Assembly: GCA_949296805.1 (NCBI GenBank) | Contig: CASFPO010000027.1 | Location: forward strand, 1 to 60,138 | Reading direction: 5' to 3' | Source: an uncultured Bacillota bacterium | GTDB lineage: Bacteria; Bacillota; Clostridia; Christensenellales; UBA1242 | Length of the DNA: 60,138 nt | Shown here: piece after piece, positions 1 to 9,200 of the stretch | Layout of the letters: every line of letters starts with the position of its first letter | Numbering within the stretch: position 1 is the first letter of the stretch | Notes under the pieces: model-generated | Databases searched by the model: none | What the model was told of the DNA's origin: nothing | What the model saw: only the letters and a program-made list of their open reading frames with translations | Translations under genes and position numbers: made by a program

Positions 1-128
1 ACTTCTCTGTTTGATTTGCACTGTACACTTTTGTGCTTGGCTCAATAACTTTAAAGTAAATTGACTTTGTTTGTACTTAATATTTAATTGTCATTGTTCC
101 CTAACTCTTTCCTTGAGTTAGCGTTATT

Positions 129-158
129 ATATTAACATATTTTCTTATCCATTGTCAA
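129..158 (-). promoter_or_regulatory. sigma-A-type promoter firing leftward out of the window
   Basis: Minus strand reads TTGACA (158-153), an 18-nt spacer ending in TG, then TAATAT (134-129). A hairpin CTAACTC/GAGTTAG lies at 101-121 in the downstream leader. The gene it serves is cut off by the window edge. Confidence 0.4.
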
Positions 159-465
159 CACTTTTTTCTAAATTTTTACCTTTTTTATTATCTTTTTTCC
201 ACTTTCTGCGATACACTAGCGCCCGTTGTGGTGGTGAAAAAGAAAAAGACAATATCAATATCAAAAATTTAGGTTAAAAGTTTAAATTTAACTTAGTTAA
301 TAAGAGGCGTTTTGTATCCATAAACTTATAAAAATTTAGATAAAAATGTCTAAAAACTACATATAAATCTAACTAACTATATTTGGTATTATTATCGCAA
401 AAACTTAAAAAACTTCAATTTCAGCTAACGGCTTGGCAGGATTTTATAATATTTACTAAATCAGT

Positions 466-524
466 TGAAACAAAAACGCCCAAACACAGCAGTTTTACAA
501 ATAAAGCGATCTGTTTTTAGGCGT
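466..524 (-). terminator. intrinsic terminator downstream of cmk
   Basis: On the minus strand ACGCCTAAAAACAG pairs with CTGTGTTTGGGCGT (G-U pairs allowed; 524-511 with 489-476) and is followed by TTTTTGTTTC. The loop is large, about 21 nt. Confidence 0.5.
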
Positions 525-609
525 AATATTAAAATTTAAAGACAAATTTTGGAGTATATAATTTATTTTGGGCTTGGTAGACCTTTTGTGATAAATTTAT
601 TTTACCTTA

Positions 610-1281
610 CTAAATTTTTACCTTATCTTTTATCACACTCAGGCAATAGTCAATTGTTTGAGGCAAAGTCATATTGCTAGAGTCAACAATAATCGCATCT
701 TTTGCGGGCTTTAAAGGTGCTATGGGTCTATGCTCGTCTCGATAATCTCTTTCCTTTAAATCTTGCAAAACCTCTTGAAATGAAGGTGCATCCTTTTTAT
801 CTTTATATTGTTCAAATCGGCGTTTAGCTCGCACTTCTTCTGAGGCGGTTACAAAAAACTTTACATCAGCATTTGGCAGGACAACAGTTCCTATATCACG
901 CCCTTCTACTACGCAATTGTATTTTTGTGCAAAATTTCTTTGCAAGTACTTAACCTTTTCTCTAAGAGGCGGAAAAGGAGATATTTTGGCTGACAAGACA
1001 GAAATTTCTTCCTCTCGCAAATGTGATGTGTAATCTATGCCATTTACTACCACATGTTGCAGTTCATCTTCAAAGAATACCTCAACTGTAGAATTTTTAA
1101 CAAGCAGATTGACATTTTCTTCATTCACTTCTTTAAAATTACCTTCTTCTTTAAAGGCACAAGCAAAGCCCCTATAGATTGCCCCGGTATCCAAAACTTT
1201 AAAGCCAATTTTTTTTGCTAGCTCTTTTGCTAAAGTGCTTTTGCCACTACCTACATGACCGTCTATTGTGATATTAATCAT
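610..1281 (-). CDS. cmk: cytidylate kinase
   Basis: 223-aa ORF with P-loop IDGHVGSGKST and the LDTGAIYR motif typical of (d)CMP kinase. Confidence 0.9.
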   Translation of the reverse strand: MINITIDGHVGSGKSTLAKELAKKIGFKVLDTGAIYRGFACAFKEEGNFKEVNEENVNLLVKNSTVEVFFEDELQHVVVNGIDYTSHLREEEISVLSAKISPFPPLREKVKYLQRNFAQKYNCVVEGRDIGTVVLPNADVKFFVTASEEVRAKRRFEQYKDKKDAPSFQEVLQDLKERDYRDEHRPIAPLKPAKDAIIVDSSNMTLPQTIDYCLSVIKDKVKI

Positions 1282-1389
1282 AATTCCCCCTATTTATTAA
1301 TTATACCAAATTTTTATTTTAGTTCAAAATCTTTTACAGTTTTATTAGTTTATTTGCCAACATAAAAGAAAATATGATATAATTTTTAT

Positions 1390-1881
1390 ATGAAAAAATT
1401 AAACAAGCTTGAACCGATTAATAATTTTGAACCGCTTGTAGATGAAAATAGTCAAATTTTGATACTCGGCTCTTTTCCTTCTGTAAAATCAAGAGAAAAT
1501 GCTTTTTATTATGGAAATCCTCAAAATAGGTTTTGGAAGGTTTTAGCCAGCATATTTAACGAAAAAGTTCCAACAAATATAGAGGAGAAGATTGTCCTTT
1601 GTAAAGCAAATCACATTGCACTTTGGGATGTAGTAGCCTCTTCCAATTTACAGGGCTCGAGTGACCTTACCTTAGCAAAATCAGCCTATTCTCTATCAAA
1701 TATAAAAGGGCTACTGAGCAAATTCCCAAACATACAAAAGATTGTTTGCAATGGGAAGTTAGCCTACAAAATATTATGTAAAAATTTTAGCGATTTGAAT
1801 ATAGATATAATTTGTCTGCCGTCTACAAGTCCAGCCAACACCTCTTTTAAGCTTGAGGCATGGCAAAAGGAGTTAAGTTAA
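1390..1881 (+). CDS. DNA-deoxyinosine (hypoxanthine) glycosylase, UDG superfamily
   Basis: 163-aa ORF. The ILILGSFPS ... NRFW ... LPSTSPAN pattern matches the deoxyinosine glycosylase branch of the uracil-DNA glycosylase superfamily (by eye). Confidence 0.65.
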   Translation: MKKLNKLEPINNFEPLVDENSQILILGSFPSVKSRENAFYYGNPQNRFWKVLASIFNEKVPTNIEEKIVLCKANHIALWDVVASSNLQGSSDLTLAKSAYSLSNIKGLLSKFPNIQKIVCNGKLAYKILCKNFSDLNIDIICLPSTSPANTSFKLEAWQKELS

Positions 1882-1974
1882 GGCAATAAAGTTTGTTTTT
1901 ACGCAAAAAAGTGGGAAGAATTTGAAGTGTGTACATATCCCCACTATTTTTATTTTGGATTTTTAAATTGTTGT

Positions 1975-2472
1975 TTAGCCTTCAACTTTTCTCGGAGCGA
2001 AGATTAAGCATATAAAGGCACTTCCAAAGGCTACTAGCATTCCCCAGCCGACTGTGACGTACACTCCGTTCTCTCTAAATAAATCCCAAGCTTCCTTACT
2101 GCCTAGAAGGTCAAAAATACAGAAAACGCCAATCATTACTACTGCCACAAGCATACACAAGAAGAATAGTAATGCAGGCACTTTGGCACTAATTCCTGCC
2201 TTGCTATTGTTTGAGGCACGGGCTATTAAATTGATTAAAGTAATAAGCAATGTAATACCCGCAAACACCAAGCTTGCAATCAAAAAAGCGCTGGCGATGG
2301 TGTGATAGAGAGGTTGACCATCTTCAAAGGTAATAAAATCAAACACGCTATGTCTAGAATCAATCGAATCAAGCCCGCCGTCAGAGTTCTGTCCGTATAA
2401 GCCTATCACAGGTTGCGTGAACATTACAATTGAAAGCACGCCAAATAAGATGGCAATTATTCCGCCAAGCAT
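1975..2472 (-). CDS. integral membrane protein, unknown function
   Basis: 165-aa ORF with about four long hydrophobic segments and no recognisable family motif. Confidence 0.5.
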   Translation of the reverse strand: MLGGIIAILFGVLSIVMFTQPVIGLYGQNSDGGLDSIDSRHSVFDFITFEDGQPLYHTIASAFLIASLVFAGITLLITLINLIARASNNSKAGISAKVPALLFFLCMLVAVVMIGVFCIFDLLGSKEAWDLFRENGVYVTVGWGMLVAFGSAFICLIFAPRKVEG

Positions 2473-2499
2473 ATATCCCCCTTTATGTAAAATAATGTT

Positions 2500-3582
2500 T
2501 TATCCTTTTAATTTAAGGTTAGTTAAGCTTTCTTTTTGCTTTGTATTTAATTTTAAGTTTAAGTTTTCTTGTTCTGTTTTATTCAATATTTTATTTAATT
2601 GGTTGATTTTATTTTGTCTTATCTTTGTAAGTTTTGATTTATGTGTTTTTGAGCGTCTTCTTTTTATAATTTTTGATAGGTCAAAATTTTCTAAATCTAT
2701 ACTATTTGACTTAACTCTTAGCTTTTCTACACGCTTTGGAATAGGCTTGTTCTCAAAAGGCAGAACAGCTTTATCCTTTCTTTCCCTTATCTCAAGCTGG
2801 TCATACGGAATGATAATGTTATTTTTCTTAAATTCATTATACACAAGCTCAAGCACATCATAATATATATCCCAGTAATCTTCACTATCGCACCAGCATT
2901 TTGCAGTGAACTCTATACCATTAGTTCCAAGTGCGGTCATTCGGCAGAATGGTTCTGGCTCAAGCAAAGTTCGCCCGTCACTATTCATACAGTCAAGAAT
3001 CAGCTTTCTAACTTTATCTACATCGCTTTCATAGGCAACGGTAAACTTCCACTCTATCCTTCTTATTTTTGCTGTGTCATAGTCAATTACCGAGCTATTG
3101 ACAATAGTTGAGTTTGGAATAGTAATTCTTTTATTATCGCCTGTCATAATAGTGGTAAACAAAAAGTTTATTTGTACCACATTACCTTCTTTGCCATCCA
3201 CTTCAATATAGTCGCCTTTTTTAAACATCTTATTTGAAACAATCACAATACCATTAGCGGCGTTAGCGATAATGTTTTCAAGAGCCATACCAATAGCCAG
3301 AACTAAAGCACTGATAGCTGTAAGCAGACCTGTAATCTCAATACCGATTATGCTGAGTAAGATTAAAACTAAAAGCACATACAGGCAGATTTTTATCAGC
3401 ACACAGATAAAGCCTATAGTTATTTTTTCCATATTTGTTTTATTTAAAAGTTTTCGTGTAACATTTATGATAATTTTTACTAAAATTATGCCAATAAACA
3501 AAACTGCAAAGAATATTACAATATTCCAAGCATTTGTTTTAAAAAAGTTGACAATATCGTTCCAAATTGCTCTCCAATCCAT
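2500..3582 (-). CDS. MscS-family mechanosensitive channel with Lys-rich C-terminal tail
   Basis: The ORF track extends to 3633. I prefer the ATG at 3582 (MDWRAIW), which follows AAGGAAAG. TM helices are followed by the GDYIEVDGKEGNVVQI ... ITIPNS beta-domain typical of MscS. Confidence 0.8.
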   Translation of the reverse strand: MDWRAIWNDIVNFFKTNAWNIVIFFAVLFIGIILVKIIINVTRKLLNKTNMEKITIGFICVLIKICLYVLLVLILLSIIGIEITGLLTAISALVLAIGMALENIIANAANGIVIVSNKMFKKGDYIEVDGKEGNVVQINFLFTTIMTGDNKRITIPNSTIVNSSVIDYDTAKIRRIEWKFTVAYESDVDKVRKLILDCMNSDGRTLLEPEPFCRMTALGTNGIEFTAKCWCDSEDYWDIYYDVLELVYNEFKKNNIIIPYDQLEIRERKDKAVLPFENKPIPKRVEKLRVKSNSIDLENFDLSKIIKRRRSKTHKSKLTKIRQNKINQLNKILNKTEQENLNLKLNTKQKESLTNLKLKG

Positions 3583-3702
3583 AATTTTATCTTTCCTTTC
3601 TATAATGATAAAACGATAAATAAAATATGTCAATTATTTTATTGTTTTTTTATACAATTTTTTAAATTTGTCTCAGCAATTTTTTCATCATATGCAACTA
3701 AG

Positions 3703-4605
3703 TTATGCTTTGACAATTTCGTCAGGCTCTTTTATCTCCTCAGTTTGCATAAGGCAGTCTATCTTTTCTTGACAAGCCTTAAAATATCTTTCATACGCTT
3801 TTTTGCAATAATTTTTATGAGTTTCTTCACTAGAGTTAGAAGGCTTATTAAAGCTATATTCTCCGTTAACCTTCCACTTATTAAAAAGTCCTATCTTAAT
3901 TGCATTTTTAGGACACAAAAAAGAACATCGCATACACATTAAACACTTTTTGCCAAAGCAAAATTCCCCATCCTTTATGGTTATATTTTTAGTAGGACAA
4001 ATATTTACACATTTTCCGCAATGTATACAATCCTTATTAACCTTGTATCTTTTGCCATTAAAGCGTCCGCCCCAATGTTCAATCCTAAAAAGCCAAGCTA
4101 TAAAACCACCCATAAAAACTTTGTCAAGCAGGCTATATTTTCCGCTTAACAGCTCTTTAGCATCATACGGAATCACTGCTTGTGCCGTCTGCCACATTTT
4201 ATATGCCATACTGTCAGAATGCCTAAAGATTATGTTATATGGCATACAATAATGATATTCGTTGGTCACATTATAGCCAGACTTTGTTAGTATTTTAATA
4301 AGCTTTATTGACGAGATATTGTTAAGTTTTATCGGCTCGCCAGAAGTGTTTAAAATAAACACTCTTTGTCCTCTACTCTTAGGCAACTTTTTAGCAAAAT
4401 CTAAGATTATAGAGGGTGCATTAAAAGCGTGAACTGGATAGGCTATGCCTAAGATATCATAGTCTGACACATCATATTCAAAATCATTATTTTCAATCTT
4501 GTATAATGTGACAGAAGAGCCTTCGTCTATAAGCGACTCGGTAAATTTATTTACAACTTTTTTGGTATTTCCCGTACCTGAAAAATAACATATTAAAATC
4601 TTCAT
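3703..4605 (-). CDS. flavodoxin-like domain fused to a 2x[4Fe-4S] ferredoxin domain (EFR1-type)
   Basis: N-terminal ILICYFSGTGNTKKV flavodoxin signature, plus CIHCGKCVNICP and CLMCMRCSFLCP cluster motifs. Confidence 0.65.
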   Translation of the reverse strand: MKILICYFSGTGNTKKVVNKFTESLIDEGSSVTLYKIENNDFEYDVSDYDILGIAYPVHAFNAPSIILDFAKKLPKSRGQRVFILNTSGEPIKLNNISSIKLIKILTKSGYNVTNEYHYCMPYNIIFRHSDSMAYKMWQTAQAVIPYDAKELLSGKYSLLDKVFMGGFIAWLFRIEHWGGRFNGKRYKVNKDCIHCGKCVNICPTKNITIKDGEFCFGKKCLMCMRCSFLCPKNAIKIGLFNKWKVNGEYSFNKPSNSSEETHKNYCKKAYERYFKACQEKIDCLMQTEEIKEPDEIVKA

Positions 4606-6155
4606 TTGTAATCCTTTATATGAGCTTTAAAATTACTATCAAAATAGTAGCAATAGTCTTCTTCTTTATCGCGACTGTCAAGCCACACTTGAGCAAAAAT
4701 TTTATCTTTTTTGGATAGTCTATCAAAATCCCACACATTGCTAGTATATATAGGATTTAACCAATGCCCAGCTTTTGCAACGGTAAAGGCACGTGCTGTA
4801 AAAATCTGCCCGTCTTGGTTTTTCCACTCAAGTTTTTGATAGATATCCCCGCTATATGCTTTTGATAAAAGTTCTCCGCCGTGAGCCTGTGCTAGTTTTT
4901 GCAAATCCTTTAAAGTTAAATTTTCATAATTATCTATATCAAAATTATAATCAATAAGCTTGGCATTTTCAACTTTTCTTAAAGCTTGATAATCTATAAA
5001 GTTTCCATTTTCGTCTTTATTTTCAACAAGTAAATTAAATTTTGACCAATCACTGCCAAGGCTTTCATACTTTGCTTGACTGCCAAAGTAGGCAATCATT
5101 TTTGCCTTATCGTTATTTTTTGACCAATAGGCTGGAGAATTTTTATTCTTAAACAATCTTTGGATGGCTAACTTGCTTATCAAGGCTTTTGGCACTAGCT
5201 TTCCAAGTTTATAATAGCTGTATTTTTTTGATATTTCCTTCCAGTAAAGATTAGTTGTTTGAGTTTGATAGTTGAACAGCTCGTCAAGTTTTTTACCATC
5301 ATAAAACCACATACCGTGAAAGTTTCTAGTAGCGTTATAATAAGGTTTAAAAAAGTCCTTAGCACTACCTCCGATTATTTTAAAGCCATCATTTAGCGTA
5401 TCAAAGCCTGTGATACAATTTTCTTGACCGCCACCTATATTAAAACACTTTTTCCAGAAAACTTTTGATAAATCTTCAGTCATATCTTTCTTTAAAATAT
5501 TGGCAATAAGCACTCCGCTATCATAGGCTGTTGCCCATTCAAGAGGTGCATTAAAGCAGGTGTGAAACATAAGTCCATCGCTCATATTGTCTTTTAGCAT
5601 ATTAATATGTAACATTGCCGTCTGTCTAAGAATAGCCCAGTTTTTTATATCTGATTCAAGCACTCTAAATTCGCCTCGAAGCTTTGTTGCTGAGTAGATA
5701 TCAAAAGGACTGACAAGCAATGGGTCGCCAACTTGTCCCCACGGATGTTTATAAATTCTATTACCGTAAAGAGCTACAGTAGAGATATGTATATATTTGG
5801 GTTGTTTTTCGGTATTTTCGATGACGCTTACAAGGTTGTTTACCCCTATTTCATTGCAGTCTATCGCTTTTTGTGGATATTGGTCAGAATGAGGCGGTAT
5901 AACAGCACATAGGTTGATAACATAATCACTGCCCTCCACCAAGCGAACACAGGCATCTAAATCCTTGATATTGCCATAGATTATTTCAAACTTTTCTTTA
6001 TACTCTTTATATTTTCTTAATAATTTTTTAATTCTCTTATCTTCAGGTAAAACTAAAAACTTAAAGCTATCGATCTCTTTGATTTCTACAATCTGCTCTA
6101 AGGTTGCCTGTCCCATATTTCCAGTAATTCCAGTTATTGCAACAATCATACGCAC
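4602..6155 (-). CDS. NAD(P)-dependent epimerase/dehydratase-type SDR with about 200-aa C-terminal extension
   Basis: Rossmann motif VAITGITGNMG and catalytic YSATK. Its stop overlaps the start of the downstream flavodoxin-ferredoxin gene by 4 nt (4602-4605). Confidence 0.6.
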   Translation of the reverse strand: MRMIVAITGITGNMGQATLEQIVEIKEIDSFKFLVLPEDKRIKKLLRKYKEYKEKFEIIYGNIKDLDACVRLVEGSDYVINLCAVIPPHSDQYPQKAIDCNEIGVNNLVSVIENTEKQPKYIHISTVALYGNRIYKHPWGQVGDPLLVSPFDIYSATKLRGEFRVLESDIKNWAILRQTAMLHINMLKDNMSDGLMFHTCFNAPLEWATAYDSGVLIANILKKDMTEDLSKVFWKKCFNIGGGQENCITGFDTLNDGFKIIGGSAKDFFKPYYNATRNFHGMWFYDGKKLDELFNYQTQTTNLYWKEISKKYSYYKLGKLVPKALISKLAIQRLFKNKNSPAYWSKNNDKAKMIAYFGSQAKYESLGSDWSKFNLLVENKDENGNFIDYQALRKVENAKLIDYNFDIDNYENLTLKDLQKLAQAHGGELLSKAYSGDIYQKLEWKNQDGQIFTARAFTVAKAGHWLNPIYTSNVWDFDRLSKKDKIFAQVWLDSRDKEEDYCYYFDSNFKAHIKDYK

Positions 6156-6209
6156 TCCTTATAAATATATTAACATATAAACTTTAAAAAAACAAACAGT
6201 ATAAGCATT

Positions 6210-9200
6210 TTAATTTGAATAAAATCTCTTGCGTTTTACAGCCTTAGTTACAAATCCCGCTATAATCGAGATTGCTACTAACGATGCTAAAACAATTATT
6301 GTAGCAAGACCACCAGAAGTATTAAAGAAAGATTTTTCAATAAACTTAACTTGCACCTTCAAATCTTTTTTGATATCTTCAATTATAAAGGTATTTCTTT
6401 CCTCTTCGCTAATAAGAGTGTCGTCTATATAAATTTCAATCCTATATTTATCATAATCTGTTGTTATGTTAAATAGTCTATCTTCTCCATAAGTAATATT
6501 ATCTAAAGACTGTCTGCTTATAATGTCGCCATTACCTTCAATTGTTATATTAATAGAAAAGGTTTGAATGGCAAATTCTACATAAATTGTATGGTTCTCG
6601 TCTACATTTTCAAAAGTATAACCTGTAGTAAGAGCTTGTTCAAGCTGACTTTGAGGCAAATTTTCTCCGTCAACCTTTATACAAGAAATTTTATAACCCT
6701 CATAAGGCTCAAAAGTATAAGTTCTGCTTGAATTGAAAGCTACACTTATTTCTCCTTGAGGAGAAATAGTGCCTTGTCCTAAAGAACTTGAGGTTATGGT
6801 ATACCTTTTTATCTCCCATTTTGCATATAAGGTCAAATTTTCTGCTGGCATAAGCTCTTCTTCAAACGGTTGCGACAAATTTTCATCCAAGTACCAGCCA
6901 TCAAAGTTATAGCCTCTTCTAGTTGGAGAGAGAAGATTAATTTGCTCTTGGTAGTCATAATTTTGAATTACATTATCAGTATTATAATTAAACACATAGG
7001 TTATTGTAAAGTTTGACTTTAAAAAGGTTACACTTATCGTGTGATTTTGTGTGACATTATTAAAGGTATAACCGTACATAATTGCTACTGACAGGTCATT
7101 TCCGCTAAGCTCTTGCCCATCAATTGTTATACTACTTACATGATAGCCATTATCAGGCAAAAACTCAAAACGTTGGCTTTGCCCATAGTCAACTTCTACC
7201 TCTCCACTTGGAGAAATCTGCCCATTGTCTGAAGAAGATGCTATTATATTAAATACATACAGCTCAAACCTTACAACAATTGTATGATCTTGCGTGATTT
7301 TATCAAATGTATATCCATTGTTTATAATATTGGCAAGTTGAGTTTGGTCTACTTCGCTATTATCAACAGTAACACTTGCAAGATAATATCCTGTATTTGC
7401 CAAGATGGTATATTTTGCTGACTGACCATAATTATACTGTCGCTCTCCGCTTGGAGAGATTCTTCCGCCTACGCCGTCTACACTTGAAGTGATAGTAAAA
7501 GTAAAGATAGCAAATTCGACTGAAATTTGATGCTCTTCTTTAACATTGTTAAAAGTATAGCCATTTGCGAGGGCAAGCTTTAGCTCGGCTTCTGGCAAAG
7601 CTTTGCCATCTACAAAGATAGCTGTTACATAATAACCCTCATTTGCTATAAAGTTAAAAAGCTGGCTTTGGTTATACTCAACTTCAACATTACCTTGTGG
7701 GGAGATTACTCCTCCAGCCGAGCTTGAAGCAGTTATAGTAAAGGTTTGCACTTCAAACAAGGCATAGACAGTCACATCGCTCTCTGGCATCGTAGAAAAA
7801 ACATATTCATTTTCAAAGGTACTTTCTTGATACCAACCTAAGAAATCATAGCCCTCAAGCTCAGGGTCAGAAATTTTTGTAATGAACTCTCCTGGATAAT
7901 ATTTTTGCGTTACAATATTGTCTTGACTTATCACATAGTTAAAAGAATATTGTACATCTTCTGCTAGATAAAAGTTAGTTTGCTCTGAAAGATAAACAGG
8001 TCTAAAAATATAACTGTCATTATTAAAATTATTCCTATCCGCTGTTATTCCGCTTGGCACTACTACAAGAGGATTGTTATTTATAAAATATGCTGACGAA
8101 TTTAAAACATTTATATTATAAAGGTTTGTGTCGCTTAAATTTGACATAATTTCAAAATACGGATTAGCGGTAAGATTGTTTATATAAAAGTTACTAAGTC
8201 CGCATAACCCACTAAGCTCAATTACACAATTATTTTGAACGAGGTTTGTCCCAGTTTTTTCTGTTATCAACACGTCTAGTGCTTCCTCTCCTAAAGAATT
8301 TACATTGCTGTTGCTTTCACTTTCAACTAGCTGAAGAGAATTTGTATAATCATTTAATGTTGTATTATCTGCTACAGAAAATTCTATTAATGCACTGCAA
8401 ATATTGTTTAAAAAAGTTGTTTCATCAAGCACGACAACAGCATCATAAAAACTAGATATCAAATAGGTTGCTGTGTTATTTTCAAAACTTACATCAGAAA
8501 GTGACAGACTACTATTTGCAAGATAGAATAGATAGCCCTCTTGAGCATAATTGTTTGAAAAAGTTGTTCCGCTAAGCGACATAGTTTTTGCGGTAAAAAG
8601 ATAAGCTTCTCCGCTTGTAAAGTGTGCAAAGTTATTGCTTATTTGACTATCAGTTACTGTTAGATTGCTTTCGCCTACACCATTTACCAATTTATCGGCC
8701 TTAAATAACTGCACAAGGGTTTGACTTTGCAAGGTAAGGCTGGCATTATTTAGCTCAAACAAAGTGTCTATTCTTGCTAGGCCTTCTCCATCAACAGTCA
8801 GCACTCCAAGGCTTATACCTTGATAAATTTCTGCGTTTAATCCAAGCGTCAAACTTACTCCGTCTTCAACTGAGATTAAAGCTTGTCCTTGCGATAAACT
8901 TTTATTTTTAAGTTCCTCTGTAAAAATAATTGATTGTTCTCCGCTTGCAACAATAGTTAAGTCATTATCAATCGTGATAAAGTCAGAGATTGTTGCTCCC
9001 GCCACCAAAACAATAACATCATCAGCTTGGCTATTTAAAATCGCACTCTCTAGCGAAGTGAAATATTGCCAGCTATTTTGCGAGTAAATTTGTGCAACAA
9101 TATCAGCTTCTTCCAAAGCAACTGTAACCTGGCAAACATTTGAAGTTAGTACATTTCCAGCCCAATTAGTTATAACAACATAATAATTTTTTGTGCCAGT

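Noticed and set aside
1-100. Possible 5' end of a minus-strand gene served by the promoter at 129-158.
   Set aside because: No unambiguous start codon or RBS could be fixed, and the reading frame leaves the window after fewer than 20 codons.
2417-2863. Antisense or shadow ORFs inside real genes. Examples are 2417..2863, 3272..3619, 21940..22302, 53105..53479, 56884..57402 and 11533..11781.
   Set aside because: They lie opposite or overlap well-supported genes, lack ribosome-binding sites, and translate to low-complexity Phe/Leu/Ser/Ile-rich strings. These are typical mirror-frame artefacts in AT-rich DNA.
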